From contig CANRFY010000007.1 of assembly GCA_947630015.1 (NCBI GenBank), forward strand, positions 2,526 through 66,525: a stretch of 64,000 nucleotides of DNA, in the 5' to 3' direction. Positions within the stretch are counted from its first letter, which is position 1, and each line of letters begins with the position of its first letter. This DNA comes from an uncultured Clostridia bacterium. GTDB taxonomy: Bacteria; Bacillota; Clostridia; Oscillospirales; CAG-272. Positions 28,315 to 38,797 of the stretch are shown here, one piece after another. The notes under the pieces were generated by a model. It had not been told where the DNA came from and ran no database searches. It saw only the letters and a program-made list of their open reading frames with translations. The position numbers and the translations under genes were made by a program.

Positions 28315-28790
28315 ATTGTAAGCTCACTTTCCTCCTCGAGCGCGGCGGCTTTATAGACGAGATGCGACAGCACGGACGCCACGACGGCGACTGCGGCCGC
28401 GGCAAAAACCGCGAACATCGAGGCCAAAACTATGCTCGGATGGCTCTTTCCGAGGATGAGGAAAACGACGTTTCCCGCAAAGAAGTAGACGCCGTCGACG
28501 GCGGCCGCGATCGCGATATACTTCAAATACCGCGCGTTCGATACGGAAAACGATCTGTCGCGGCCTATATTGACCGCCACCATCCACGCAAACGCGAATC
28601 CGACCGCGCACGGCAGCGCCGTCCCGCTCACGAACGCGAGCCACGGCGCGTACCATCCGCCGAACTCGGGATACTGATCCAGAATGACGCGGCCGATCTC
28701 CGGCACGATGTAGGCGTATACGACGACGCCGCACAAGAGCAGCCCCGTTAAGATCAGTTTCAGACTTAATGCAAGCGTTGATTGTTTCAT
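28311..28790 (-). CDS. DUF2975-like membrane protein
   Basis: About four TM helices; ATG 28790 with GGAGG RBS; 4-nt overlap with the HTH gene, a commonly seen pairing. Confidence 0.7.
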   Translation of the reverse strand: MKQSTLALSLKLILTGLLLCGVVVYAYIVPEIGRVILDQYPEFGGWYAPWLAFVSGTALPCAVGFAFAWMVAVNIGRDRSFSVSNARYLKYIAIAAAVDGVYFFAGNVVFLILGKSHPSIVLASMFAVFAAAAVAVVASVLSHLVYKAAALEEESELTI

Positions 28791-28847
28791 AATAAACACC
28801 TCCTTCGATGCTTCAACTATACCACAGTCGGCATCGAATGTCAAGTG

Positions 28848-29522
28848 TTATTTATCGAAAATCGATAATTTTTCGCCGCCGAATATAATCTTGTATAAAT
28901 CGGCGAAATCGCGAGCGCACGCAAACGGCGCGCACCAGTCCCCGTTCGCGCCGGCAGAGGACGCGCCTGTGGCGCGTACACCTATTGCAAAAGCGCCGAG
29001 CGCCGCCGCCGCGGACAGATTTCTCATCCTGTCGTCCGCGAACGCGCAATCGCCTATATCGACGCCGATCCTCTCCGCCGCGAGGCGGAAGAATCTCTCG
29101 TCCGGCTTCTTTTTCCCGACCTCGCCGCTGACGCAGACGGCGTCGAAATATTTTGAAAGCTCGAATTTTTCCCGCAGATAGCGGCTCCAGCCCGCGCAGT
29201 CGTTCGACAAAAGCGCCAGCTTTACGCCGCGCGCGCGGCACGCGTCAGCGAACGAGTAAAAGCCTTTATTTATCCGCAGCGTTTCGAGGTATTCCCGCTC
29301 CGTCCGCTCGGGGTCCGAAAACCCGAGCCGCCGCCAGATTTCGAGCGAATCTATCCGCCCGATCTCGGACTCGAACCACGGCTTGTATATCTGCTCCGAG
29401 GTCAGCTCCGGCTTTCTTCTCTGCACGAACGGGACGAAATCGTCCCCCGTCTGCTCTATCACAACGCCGTACATATCGAGTATCACGCCGCCGACGGCGA
29501 GCTTTCCCGCGCTCTTTGTCAT
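28848..29522 (-). CDS. HAD-superfamily hydrolase
   Basis: VILDMYGVV (motif I-like), LLSND, KKPDERFF, ADD; ATG 29522 has AAGGAGG RBS (track ORF begins at upstream GTG). Confidence 0.8.
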   Translation of the reverse strand: MTKSAGKLAVGGVILDMYGVVIEQTGDDFVPFVQRRKPELTSEQIYKPWFESEIGRIDSLEIWRRLGFSDPERTEREYLETLRINKGFYSFADACRARGVKLALLSNDCAGWSRYLREKFELSKYFDAVCVSGEVGKKKPDERFFRLAAERIGVDIGDCAFADDRMRNLSAAAALGAFAIGVRATGASSAGANGDWCAPFACARDFADLYKIIFGGEKLSIFDK

Positions 29523-29706
29523 CCCGTTCGCCTCCTTATCGTTCACACCTTTATTTTATCATACAAAACGGGCGGCCGCAACCCTCTGTCGGCCGAATCG
29601 GCGGTACTATATTCCGATATATTAACAGAATGTAAATTTTTGACCGCGGCGCTTGAAAAAACCGCGGCCGTTTGATATACTTGATGTAATATCGGAGAGG
29701 TAAAAA

Positions 29707-31050
29707 ATGAAAAAATTCGCAAAAGCATCGCTTGCGCTCTGCGCGCTTTTATTAACGGCCGCCGCCGCTTTATTTTTGAATTCGTGCGAGGGCGGCACAT
29801 ACGGCGTCAGATTCGAGGTATACGACGATCACGCCGCCGTCGTCAAATATGTCGGGGAATCCGCGAACGTGAGGATCGACGCCGAATACAAGGGCGTCCC
29901 CGTGACCGAGGTCGCCGACAACGCGTTCCTTGACGAATTCGTTTCGTCCGTTTCGCTGCCGGATACGGTGACGAGGATCGGGAACGGCGCGTTTACAGGC
30001 TCGAAGAATTTGAAATCTGTCTCGCTCGGCTCGGGCGTCACAGAGATCGGGGAAAGCGCGTTTTCGGGCTGTTCGTCGCTTGAAACGCTTTCGGTGCCGG
30101 AGGGTGCGGTCAAAATCGGCGATAACGCATTCTACAACTGCACCTCGCTCGGTTCGATCTCGCTTCCGTCGACGCTGACCGATATCGGGCAGGGCGCGTT
30201 CCACGGCTGCTCGTCGCTTTCATCAGTCACGCTGCCGGACGCGATCAAATCGATCCCGTCGGGGCTGTTCTGGGGATGCACGTCGCTTGCGTCCGCAAGC
30301 GCCTCCGGCGTTTTTGAGATCGGGCAGGGCGCGTTCTCCGACTGCCGCTCGCTTGTCGAGTTTTCCATTCCCGACGCGGTCACCACGATCGGCACCGCCG
30401 CGTTCATGAACTGCTCGTCGCTCGAGGCCGTCGTCATCCCCTCGGGGATATCGGCGATATCTGATCAGCTCTTCTACGGCTGCTCCACGCTTGCGCGCTG
30501 CCGTCTTCCCGACACGATCGTTTCGATCGGGCGCGAAGCGTTCATGAACTGCACGTCGCTTTCCGACATATCGCTGCCGAAATCGCTGTCCTCGCTCGGC
30601 GAGAGCGCGTTTTACGGATGCCAGTCGCTGCGGACGATCGAGATACCGACGGGGATCACGTCGATACCGAAGACAGCGTTCACGGATTGCAGATCGCTTA
30701 CGAGCGTCAAATTCCACGACGCCGTCGAAAAGATCGGATCGTCCGCGTTCGCGCGCTGCTCGTCGCTCTCCGAGCTTGTGATCCCCGAGTCGGTGACGAG
30801 TCTCACGATCGACGTTTTCGCGAAATGCTCGAGTTTGAAGTCCGTCACGTTCGGCGAAAACATCACCTCGATCACGCTGTCGACGTTTGAAGGGTGCGGC
30901 AATTTTCTCGTCCGCGTTCTCGACGGGTCGTATGCTCAATACTGGGCGGAGTCGCTCGGGAAGCCGACGGAGGTTTACGGCGTTGCGAAAAACGCGTACA
31001 CGCCGCCGGATGTGCCGGAATTTGCGCCGCACACCGGCGAGGAGGAATAG
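29707..31050 (+). CDS. BspA-type leucine-rich-repeat surface lipoprotein
   Basis: Signal peptide plus lipobox LFLNSC; about 14 repeats of IP..V..IG..AF..C.SL..V.LP. Confidence 0.85.
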   Translation: MKKFAKASLALCALLLTAAAALFLNSCEGGTYGVRFEVYDDHAAVVKYVGESANVRIDAEYKGVPVTEVADNAFLDEFVSSVSLPDTVTRIGNGAFTGSKNLKSVSLGSGVTEIGESAFSGCSSLETLSVPEGAVKIGDNAFYNCTSLGSISLPSTLTDIGQGAFHGCSSLSSVTLPDAIKSIPSGLFWGCTSLASASASGVFEIGQGAFSDCRSLVEFSIPDAVTTIGTAAFMNCSSLEAVVIPSGISAISDQLFYGCSTLARCRLPDTIVSIGREAFMNCTSLSDISLPKSLSSLGESAFYGCQSLRTIEIPTGITSIPKTAFTDCRSLTSVKFHDAVEKIGSSAFARCSSLSELVIPESVTSLTIDVFAKCSSLKSVTFGENITSITLSTFEGCGNFLVRVLDGSYAQYWAESLGKPTEVYGVAKNAYTPPDVPEFAPHTGEEE

Positions 31051-31074
31051 GATTTTCCTTTTGAAAAAGGGGGA

Positions 31075-31945
31075 AAAGGGATGGGGAAGGTTTCTCCTTG
31101 GCGATTCTATCCATTACTCATCTAAAACTTTTACAAAGTTAAGAAAGAGTTAAGGGTCTCTTTGCTGGCCGGCAAAGAGACCCTTAACAATCCGAGAAAA
31201 CGGCGTGCCGGTGGCGTCGATTCCGCTCCAGTCGGCGGCAGGGGCGTTTCGGGCGTAGACCGCGATATTATTTCGTCAAGCGCGTCCGTTCCTCCGCGCG
31301 GCGCGTCGAGATCGAGGCGTCAGCGTCGCAAACGGAATGAGACTGGTATCGTTAGATTTCGCTCGTTTCGTGCGAACAAATGGGATTCACAACGAGATAC
31401 GAGACGGTTCGCACCGGTTGGCGCGCAATATCGTGCATCTGTGAGGGTTTATGTCAGTGCGAACGCGATATCGCCAACAGCTAACAGCTCCCACGCGGAC
31501 TGATTTGACTGCGCCGAATGAAATGTCGCGACCGATCCGACGCTGGCAGCGACGGGCATCGCACGCGCGTTGTGCGCGTAGGTGAGGCTGTAAAGCCTAC
31601 GGCACGGTGGGTGAGGTGCGGCGAGAGAGGGAGTGATTTGTGGTAGGTGTAAAAACTTATGCCAAAGAAAATTGCGCCCACCGAAGTGAGCGCATTGTTT
31701 TTAGATATCTGATTTGTTTGCGCGTTGATGGCACTTGCGCGATAAAAACAAACGCTCCGCGAAGAGCTGTTCGCACCCAGCAAACGCGCGTTGTTCTTTT
31801 GGAGAGGGGGTATGGGGGAGGACCTTTTCTTTTAAGAAAGGGTCCTCATCCCTAACCGCATCTTTGCAAGAAAAGATTCACATTTCAGACAATCAATTTT
31901 CGCAAAAAGCACTTATCTATGGCTGTCTTCAAAAATTCAAGTAAC
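31075..31945 (+). repeat. Mosaic repeat copy R5 (alpha-short, beta, gamma1, J, delta, tail)
   Basis: Single 40-nt perfect hairpin 31149-31188; beta to 31467; gamma1 to 31632. Confidence 0.9.
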
Positions 31946-32003
31946 GAAGCATTTTTGATGAATGGAAAATACAGATAATATTCCTTCCTTACCGGAACAA
32001 CAA

Positions 32004-32023
32004 CCGGAGGCTGTCGCCTCCGG
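32004..32023 (-). terminator. Terminator-like hairpin after MORN gene
   Basis: CCGGAGGC-tgtc-GCCTCCGG with T-rich flanks on both strands. Confidence 0.5.
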
Positions 32024-32027
32024 TTTA

Positions 32028-32837
32028 TTATTCCTCTACCCTTACGATCTCGCCGTTGATGAAATGCCCCGTATATGACCGGCCGTCAGGCCACGAATAC
32101 GTCCCCTCGCCGTTCATCAGATTGTTCGCGAACTGACCCGTGTACGACTCGCCGTTCACCCATTTGTACGTCCCGATCCCCGATCTGACGTCGGCCTCGA
32201 ATTCCCCGTCATAGACGTCGCCGTTCACGTAAACGTAAACGCCGCGCCCATGCTTGAGATCGTCCACATAATCGCCCTCGTATGAGCTGCCGTCAGCCCA
32301 TTTGTAGCTGCCGTGTCCGTTTTTGCGGTCGGACGCAAAGCCGCCCTCATAGACGCTCCCGTCCGCCCATGTATATTTGCCCGTCCCGCTCTTCTCGCCG
32401 GCGCGGAATCCGCCCTCGTAGACGTCGCCGTTCGCATAGGAATATTTCCCCTGCCCCGAAATGACGCCAGCCTCGAACTGACCCTCGTAGACGTCGCCGT
32501 TGGCAAGATGAAGCACTCCGTATCCGTCGCGCTGAAGATCGGATAGACCGCCGTCATAGACGTCGCCGTTTGAATATGATATGCGCCCCGTCTTTGCGTC
32601 CACCGTCGCCGTCATGCCGTTTGCATAGACGAGCTGGCCGCGGTACGGCTTGCCAGATTTGTCGACAATGCCGAAAAATTTGTCGACGCCGCCGGATTCT
32701 GTCGCGGACGGGACGCGGATATAACGCACGCCGTAGGCGTAGAGCGCGCCGATCACAACGCCGACGGCGGCTGCCGCCGCGACGATGATGATGAGCAGCA
32801 CTATAATAGGTTTGAATCTCGAATTCTTGATTGCCAT
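32028..32837 (-). CDS. MORN-repeat protein with N-terminal TM anchor
   Basis: Repeated Y.G.F..G...G.G.Y.. units (YANGDVYEGGFRAGEKSGTGKYTW); ATG 32837 with AAGGAG RBS; longer track ORF rejected. Confidence 0.85.
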   Translation of the reverse strand: MAIKNSRFKPIIVLLIIIVAAAAAVGVVIGALYAYGVRYIRVPSATESGGVDKFFGIVDKSGKPYRGQLVYANGMTATVDAKTGRISYSNGDVYDGGLSDLQRDGYGVLHLANGDVYEGQFEAGVISGQGKYSYANGDVYEGGFRAGEKSGTGKYTWADGSVYEGGFASDRKNGHGSYKWADGSSYEGDYVDDLKHGRGVYVYVNGDVYDGEFEADVRSGIGTYKWVNGESYTGQFANNLMNGEGTYSWPDGRSYTGHFINGEIVRVEE

Positions 32838-32860
32838 TATATGGGATTCTCCTTTGGGCG

Positions 32861-33418
32861 TTATCTGCCCGTTGAAAGAAGCGTGATGAAATTGTCCACG
32901 AGCGTTATAAGCTCGGGGATCACGACGAGAGCGGCGAACGCCGCGACTGCGAAGATGAGAACGCAGGTCCCGAGCGCGATAAGATCGGTCCCGCGCCTCG
33001 CATATCGAACCTCGGCGCCGTATTTCTTTTCCTCGGGGATGTAGAACCGCGCGTAAGAAAAATCGATGTCCTCGCGGCGGTTCTTCCAGCCGCGCGTATC
33101 GACGGGAAGCTCGTCCTCGTCGCGGACGCGCGTCACATAGCGGCGCAGCACAGTGTCGGAGCGGAGTGCGTTTTTGATAACCCAATCCTTCCCGTAGCCG
33201 AGATCGACGAGCGTTTTCGCATCCTTCTCCGAAAGACAACCCTGCGCCAGAACGTCCTTCACAAAGCCGCCGATAACGCGCTTATTGTAGACCGCCATAA
33301 GCGCCGCCAGCACAAACCCGATGAACATCGCCCATACGATGAGCTTCACCGAGATGAACGGATTATACAGCTCAAAATTGTTATACAGCGCGAGCATTGT
33401 GAGAAAACGTCCTTTCAT
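32861..33418 (-). CDS. Membrane protein, unknown function
   Basis: 185 aa, TM helices at both ends, charged central domain. Confidence 0.55.
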   Translation of the reverse strand: MKGRFLTMLALYNNFELYNPFISVKLIVWAMFIGFVLAALMAVYNKRVIGGFVKDVLAQGCLSEKDAKTLVDLGYGKDWVIKNALRSDTVLRRYVTRVRDEDELPVDTRGWKNRREDIDFSYARFYIPEEKKYGAEVRYARRGTDLIALGTCVLIFAVAAFAALVVIPELITLVDNFITLLSTGR

Positions 33419-33430
33419 TAAGAATAAATG

Positions 33431-34717
33431 TTACTTCTTCGGATATATCGCATCACAATCCATATACTTGCGAAGCGGTTCAGGGATCGCGACGCTGCCG
33501 TCTGCGCGCAGATTGTTCTCCAAAAGCGCGATCAGCATACGCGGCGGAGCCGCGACCGTATTGTTCAGCGTATGCGGCAGATACGTCTTGCCGTCCGCGC
33601 CCTTGACGCGGATCTTGAGCCGCCTTGCCTGCGCGTCGCCTAAATTCGAGCAGGAGCAAACCTCGAAATACTTTCGCTGACGCGGACTCCATGCCTCGAT
33701 ATCGCACGATTTCACCTTAAGATCGGCAAGATCGCCCGAGCAGCACTCGAGCTGGCGCACGGGAATATCCATCGAGCGGAACAGCTCGACCGAATATCTC
33801 CACATCCGCTCGTACCACTCCATCGATTCCTCCGGCTTGCAGACGACGATCATCTCCTGCTTCTCGAACTGGTGGATGCGGTAAACGCCGCGCTCCTCGA
33901 GTCCGTGCGCGCCCTTCTCCTTGCGGAAGCACGGCGAATAGCTCGTCAGCGTGTACGGAAGCTCCGCTTCCGGCACGATCTGATCGATGAAACGGCCTAT
34001 CATTGAATGCTCGCTCGTCCCGATCAGATAAAGGTCCTCGCCTTCGATCTTGTACATCATCGCGTCCATCTCGGCAAAGCTCATGACGCCGGAAACGACG
34101 CGGCCGCGGATCATGAACGGCGGCACGCAGTACGTGAAGCCCTTCTTGATCATGAATTCGCGCGCATACGTCAAAACGGACGAATGAAGCCGAGCGATGT
34201 CGCCCATCAGATAATAAAATCCGTTGCCCGCGACGCGGTGCGCGGCGTCCAGATCGATGCCGCAGAACGATTCCATGATGTCGGTGTGATACGGTACCTC
34301 GAAATCCGGTACGACAGGCTCGCCGAAGCGCTCAACCTCGACGTTTTCGCTATCGTCGCGGCCGATCGGCACCGATTTGTCGATTATGTTCGGCAGACGC
34401 ATCAAAATCGCCGTCATTTTTTCCTCGGCTTCGTCCGCCAGCTTTGATTCTTCCTCAAGCTTTGCAGCGAATGCCGCGACCTGCTTTTTCGCTTCCTCCG
34501 CTTCCTCGCGCTTGCCCTGTCCCATAAGCGCGCCGATCTGTTTCGATATGCGGTTGCGATCAGCCTGCAATTGCTCGCGCGCGCCGATGTGGGCGCGGCG
34601 CTCGCTGTCGAGCGCGATCACCTCGTCCACGAGCGGCAGCTTTTCATCCTGAAATTTGTTTTTGATGTTCTGTTTTACAACGTCGGGATTTTCCCGCACA
34701 AATTTTATGTCAAGCAT
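33431..34717 (-). CDS. serS: Seryl-tRNA synthetase
   Basis: 428 aa; N-terminal coiled-coil MLDIKFVRENP, class II motifs (FRKEKGAHG, GDLADLK..DIEAW, LNNTVAAPPRMLIALLEN). Confidence 0.97.
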   Translation of the reverse strand: MLDIKFVRENPDVVKQNIKNKFQDEKLPLVDEVIALDSERRAHIGAREQLQADRNRISKQIGALMGQGKREEAEEAKKQVAAFAAKLEEESKLADEAEEKMTAILMRLPNIIDKSVPIGRDDSENVEVERFGEPVVPDFEVPYHTDIMESFCGIDLDAAHRVAGNGFYYLMGDIARLHSSVLTYAREFMIKKGFTYCVPPFMIRGRVVSGVMSFAEMDAMMYKIEGEDLYLIGTSEHSMIGRFIDQIVPEAELPYTLTSYSPCFRKEKGAHGLEERGVYRIHQFEKQEMIVVCKPEESMEWYERMWRYSVELFRSMDIPVRQLECCSGDLADLKVKSCDIEAWSPRQRKYFEVCSCSNLGDAQARRLKIRVKGADGKTYLPHTLNNTVAAPPRMLIALLENNLRADGSVAIPEPLRKYMDCDAIYPKK

Positions 34718-34887
34718 AACGTTCTCCTATAAATGAAAATGATGAAAATGTATGATCTGCGGCATTCTCCACACAGTGCGATTGTTTAAATAATATCTGT
34801 GATAGAGGTGTCCGCACCCCGCGCTGATACTTTTTCCCCGCTCGAACGCGCGATGCAGAGATGAACACACTTGCCAATTAACCCATG

Positions 34888-34962
34888 TCATAAAAGTTTT
34901 GAGGGGTTCTTAGGGGGACTTTTGTAAAAGTCCCCCTAAGCGGGGTGCGGGGCAGCGCCCCG
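34888..34962 (+). repeat. Palindrome family P, copy P6 plus adjacent GC hairpin (after parB, before serS)
   Basis: flank GTCATAAAAGTTTTGAGGGG, CTTAGGGGGACTTTTGTAAAAGTCCCCCTAAG, then CGGGGC-agc-GCCCCG. Confidence 0.8.
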
Positions 34963-34967
34963 TATTA

Positions 34968-35867
34968 TTAAATATTATCAATTGCGTCGCCGCAGAGGAA
35001 GCGGAGAAGCGATTCGAGGTCCTTGTTGTCCTCGTAGCCGAGGGAGATATACTTTTGTTTGCCGCGCGATTTGATCAAAACGGGCCTGCCGAGCGCCTCG
35101 CGCGCTTTGTCCTCGAGGACGCGCACATAATCCACATCGACGCGGGAATCGGACGCGTTCATGTCCTGTTCGGCGTTAGCATCGCGCGCCGACGCTCTGT
35201 TCATCGATTTCGCCGCAGTTTCAGCCGTGCGCACCGACATCCCCTCGCCGATTATGCGATCGGCTAAAATCGGGATGTTGAGGCGATCCGACAGAGAGAG
35301 AAGCGCGCGCGCGTGTCCCGCCGTGATCTCCCCAGACCGCAGAAACGGCACCACCGAAGGCGGAAGATCGAGCAGCCGCAGCGAATTTGCAACCGACGAA
35401 CGCGATTTTCCTATCCTCGACGACAATTCCTCCTGCGTGAGACCGAACCGATCAATGAGCGCCGCATACGCTTCCGCTTCTTCATATGCGTTTAAATCCT
35501 CACGCTGCACATTTTCCACAAGCGATATCTCCGCCGTCGACATTTCATCGGCGTCAAGCACGATCGCGGGAATCTCGGAAAGCCCCGCAAGGCGCGCCGC
35601 GCGCCATCTGCGTTCGCCGGCGATTATGACGTATGCGTCCGGCGCTGTTTCGGATACGAGGATCGGTTGAAGCACTCCGTGCGCCGAGATCGATTCCGAA
35701 AGCTGGCGCAGCGATTCTTCGTCAAATGTTTTGCGCGGCTGATCAGTCCTCGGCTCGACGGACGATATCGGCAGCTTGTAAACGCGATCGGCGGATAAAA
35801 GATCGCTGCCGGATGTGTTGTCGATGAAAATTTCGTCAAGACCGCGCCCGAGAGGTTCTCTTTTCAA
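34968..35867 (-). CDS. parB: Chromosome partitioning protein ParB/Spo0J
   Basis: 299 aa; LGRGLDEIF, GVLQPILV, IIAGERRWRAA; TTG start. Confidence 0.93.
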   Translation of the reverse strand: MKREPLGRGLDEIFIDNTSGSDLLSADRVYKLPISSVEPRTDQPRKTFDEESLRQLSESISAHGVLQPILVSETAPDAYVIIAGERRWRAARLAGLSEIPAIVLDADEMSTAEISLVENVQREDLNAYEEAEAYAALIDRFGLTQEELSSRIGKSRSSVANSLRLLDLPPSVVPFLRSGEITAGHARALLSLSDRLNIPILADRIIGEGMSVRTAETAAKSMNRASARDANAEQDMNASDSRVDVDYVRVLEDKAREALGRPVLIKSRGKQKYISLGYEDNKDLESLLRFLCGDAIDNI

Positions 35868-35978
35868 ATCATGACCGGGGGATATTTGCGAAAAAGCCCT
35901 CCCCCGGCACCCCCTTTCGAGGCTTTCCCGCGTAAATCTTACATATTATATATAGCGACATATATAGCGACCCGCGCG

Positions 35979-36740
35979 TCAGATGCGCGCGAGGATTTCA
36001 TCCGCGACGTCGAAGTAGCACTGCGATCCCTTCGAGTTTTTATCGTGGTACATGATCGGCATTCCGTAGCTCGGCGCCTCGCTCAATTTCACGTTTCGCG
36101 GGATCGGCGTCCGGAACAGCTTGTCCGAATAGTATTTTTTCAGCTCGCCGACGACCTGCATCGTGAGATTCAGCCTCGGATTGTACATTGTGAGCAGGAT
36201 GCCGGTGATCTCGAGCCGTCTGTTGTAGAGCTGCTTGATCTTGCGGATCGTGAGCATCAGCTGTGACAGCCCCTCGAGCGCGTAATATTCGCACTGCATC
36301 GGGATTATGACGCCGTTAGATGCGGTCAGGGAGTTGATCGTCAATATCCCGAGCGAGGGCGGGCAGTCGATGATGACGACGTCGTAATCGTTCGCGATCG
36401 GAGAGAGCGCGCGGGTCAGCCGCGACTGGCGCTCCGGCATATCGACGAGATCGAATTCGGCGGCGGCGAGATTGATATTTGCGGGAAGCACGGAAAGATT
36501 CTCGTACTTCGTCTCGATCACGGCCTCGCGAGCCTCGCACTGACCGAGCAGCGCTTCATACATAGTATGTCTCAGTTCGCGCTTTCCGATACCGACGCCG
36601 CTCGTCGTATTTCCCTGCGGGTCCATATCGATGAGCAGCACGCGCTTGCCGCGCGCGGCGATCGCGGCGGATACGTTGACGGCTGAGGTCGTTTTGCCGA
36701 CGCCGCCCTTCTGATTTGCAAAAGTGATAATGTAAGCCAT
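35979..36740 (-). CDS. parA: Chromosome partitioning ATPase ParA/Soj
   Basis: MAYIITFANQKGGVGKTT deviant Walker A; ATG 36740 with GGAGG RBS. Confidence 0.95.
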   Translation of the reverse strand: MAYIITFANQKGGVGKTTSAVNVSAAIAARGKRVLLIDMDPQGNTTSGVGIGKRELRHTMYEALLGQCEAREAVIETKYENLSVLPANINLAAAEFDLVDMPERQSRLTRALSPIANDYDVVIIDCPPSLGILTINSLTASNGVIIPMQCEYYALEGLSQLMLTIRKIKQLYNRRLEITGILLTMYNPRLNLTMQVVGELKKYYSDKLFRTPIPRNVKLSEAPSYGMPIMYHDKNSKGSQCYFDVADEILARI

Positions 36741-36798
36741 GTTGTCCTCCGCGAGCGTTGATATACATATTATAGCATATCTCGCGGAGATGTCAAGA

Positions 36799-36814
36799 CG
36801 TTTAACGTGAAACA
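36799..36814. promoter_or_regulatory. parS-like site 1
   Basis: CGTTTAACGTGAAACA vs TGTTNCACGTGAAACA. Confidence 0.55.
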
Positions 36815-36826
36815 TTGGCGCGCGAA

Positions 36827-36842
36827 TGTTTAACGTGAAACA
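36827..36842. promoter_or_regulatory. parS-like site 2
   Basis: TGTTTAACGTGAAACA, one mismatch to the palindromic parS consensus. Confidence 0.65.
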
Positions 36843-36849
36843 ATCGACG

Positions 36850-37659
36850 CTATCCGATCTCGATCGTCATCTTTACTTTGCCAGCCGAGGATTCGTCGCG
36901 ATCGATCAGAACGGGAACGCCTGCTCCGCGGATTATGTCGGCGGCGCGCTCGACGGAGTTGTAGAACAGGCGCAGGTCCTTGATCGCATATTTAACGCGC
37001 GGCTTTGCGCTCGACGCCGATTTCGATAACAAACCGTCTACATATCGCTCAGTCGCGGATACGTTCAGCGCGTATGCGATCACATGGCGCAGCGCGGCGA
37101 GCCTGTCGGCCTCGCCGCGTATGCGCAACAGCGCCCGCGCGTGCCGCTCGGTGAGGGAATGTTCGAGCATGAGTCCGCGTTCCGCGTCGGAGAAGCGCAG
37201 AAGCCGCAGCTTGTTCGCGATGTAGGATTGACTCACCGACAGCTTTTCCGCCGCCTCCTCCTGCGTTATGTCGTAAATCGAGATGAGGGATGCGATTGCG
37301 TCAGCCTGTTCAAAGATGTTCAAGTCCTGTCGCTGTAAGTTTTCGATAATCGCAAGCTCCGCCGATTGTTCCTCGTCTGTGTCTATCACGATCGCGGGGA
37401 TCGAGATGAAGCCCGCGTCGCACGCGGCGCGGTAGCGCCGCTCGCCAGCGACGATTTCGTATGGAGCGCCGCCGGACGCGGACGCGCGCACGGAGATGGG
37501 CTGGAGAATGCCGTAGCGGATGATGCTGTCGCGAAGCGTGCGCAGCTGATCGCGATCAAAATCGCGGCGCGGCTGGCGCGGATTCGGCGCGATATCGCCG
37601 ACGGGGATGTCGACGACGGCGCGTCCCCGACGCGCCGTATCAATTTCGGTAATGATCAT
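36850..37659 (-). CDS. ParB-like protein in the Noc position
   Basis: 269 aa; ILQPISVR, IVAGERRYRAA, HTH SVSQSYIANKLRLL; upstream of parA-parB as noc is in Firmicutes. Confidence 0.8.
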   Translation of the reverse strand: MIITEIDTARRGRAVVDIPVGDIAPNPRQPRRDFDRDQLRTLRDSIIRYGILQPISVRASASGGAPYEIVAGERRYRAACDAGFISIPAIVIDTDEEQSAELAIIENLQRQDLNIFEQADAIASLISIYDITQEEAAEKLSVSQSYIANKLRLLRFSDAERGLMLEHSLTERHARALLRIRGEADRLAALRHVIAYALNVSATERYVDGLLSKSASSAKPRVKYAIKDLRLFYNSVERAADIIRGAGVPVLIDRDESSAGKVKMTIEIG

Positions 37660-37849
37660 GGTTTTTGTCCTTTCGCTTTGTCTGTACGGTCATCATACAC
37701 CGCCGCGCGGGGAAAATCGTGGCGAGTCCGCAGCGTGAGAAATAATTTGTTTTGGCCTGCGGTGCGGATAAAGCGAGTCTTTTTGGGGAAAAGGGGGAGT
37801 TGCGCTCCCCTTGCCCCACGGTTGTAACTTTTGTAAAAGTTGGGAAAAG

Positions 37850-38690
37850 AGATTCCTTGGCGATTCACGATGCTGTTTATATAAAAGTTTTGCAAAAGTT
37901 AAGAAAAGTGTTAAGGGTCTCTTTGCTGGCCGGCAAAGAGACGCACGCGCAAAGGATGAACCTTTGCAATCCTATCTTTTACTTTTCACAAACTTTTTCA
38001 AAGTTTTTAAATTATGTTAAGGGCCTCTTTCTCGCAAGAAAGAGGCCCTTAACGATCCCGAAAGAGGCTCCCGTGTGGCGTCAATTCGGCTCCAGTCTGC
38101 GGAAAGAAGGGGTTGGGGCGTAAACCGCGATTTAAATTTAGTAAGCGCGATCGTGCCTCCGCGCGTCGGGTCGAGAGCGAGGCGATTCTGTCTTGGTTAA
38201 TCGTTTACTGACATCGTCAGATTTCGCTCGTGTCGTGCGAACAGCTCCGATTCACAAAGAGATACGAGACGGCTCGCACCGGTTGGCACGCAGTTTTGTG
38301 CATCCGTGAGTGTTTATGTCAGGGCAAACGCGATTTTATTTTTTGCTAACAGCTCCCACGCGGACTTATTTGACTGCGCCGCCTGAAATGGCGCAGTAAA
38401 TCTGACGCTGGCAGCGTCGGACATCGCACGAGTTCGGTGCGCGCAGGTGAGGCTGGGAAGCCTACGGCACAGGGGTGAGGTGCGTCGATAGAGGGGAAGA
38501 TTGGCAAATTTTGTATAAACTCATTTTAAAGAAAACTGCGTCGAACAAAGTGAGCGCATTGTTTTTCGTGGATATCAAAGTTGTTCGCGCGTTGATGGCA
38601 CTCAGGCGAAAGAATAACCATACCGCGAAGAACTATTCGCACTCAGCGTCAGCGCGGTATTCTTTTATTTCCTTTTCCGCCATACAAATC
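37850..38690 (+). repeat. Mosaic repeat copy R6 (alpha-long, beta, gamma1, J, delta-like)
   Basis: H1 37910-37942, H2 38016-38053, beta to 38332, gamma1 to 38495. Confidence 0.9.
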
Positions 38691-38731
38691 ACATATCTCT
38701 CCCCCATGTCAAGCATTATTTTATCCGCGCC

Positions 38732-38760
38732 TTGACAAACATCCGCCCCCATCGTATAAT
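38732..38760 (+). promoter_or_regulatory. Consensus sigma-A promoter for tcdA-ttcA
   Basis: TTGACA (38732-38737) - 17 nt - TATAAT (38755-38760). Confidence 0.65.
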
Positions 38761-38797
38761 ATTTCAGTATAAATCCCATCTCGATCGGGGACGAACC

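Noticed and set aside
32838-33239. N-terminal extensions of track ORFs (MORN 403 aa; also PIG-L to 55016, trypsin-FHA to 44326, DUF370 to 22494, ParA to 36815, DUF2975 to 28844, TcdA TTG 38732)
   Set aside because: The extensions are Arg-rich, overlap neighbouring genes or a promoter -35 box, and lack an RBS. Internal ATG or GTG codons with good GGAGG-type sites give products that begin where homologs begin.
34718-34967. T-box leader upstream of serS
   Set aside because: On the minus strand I find no GGTGGTACCGCG-type T-box sequence and no clear stem I/specifier arrangement. The interval is largely taken up by the parB terminator hairpin and palindrome P6. A covariance-model search would be needed to overturn this.
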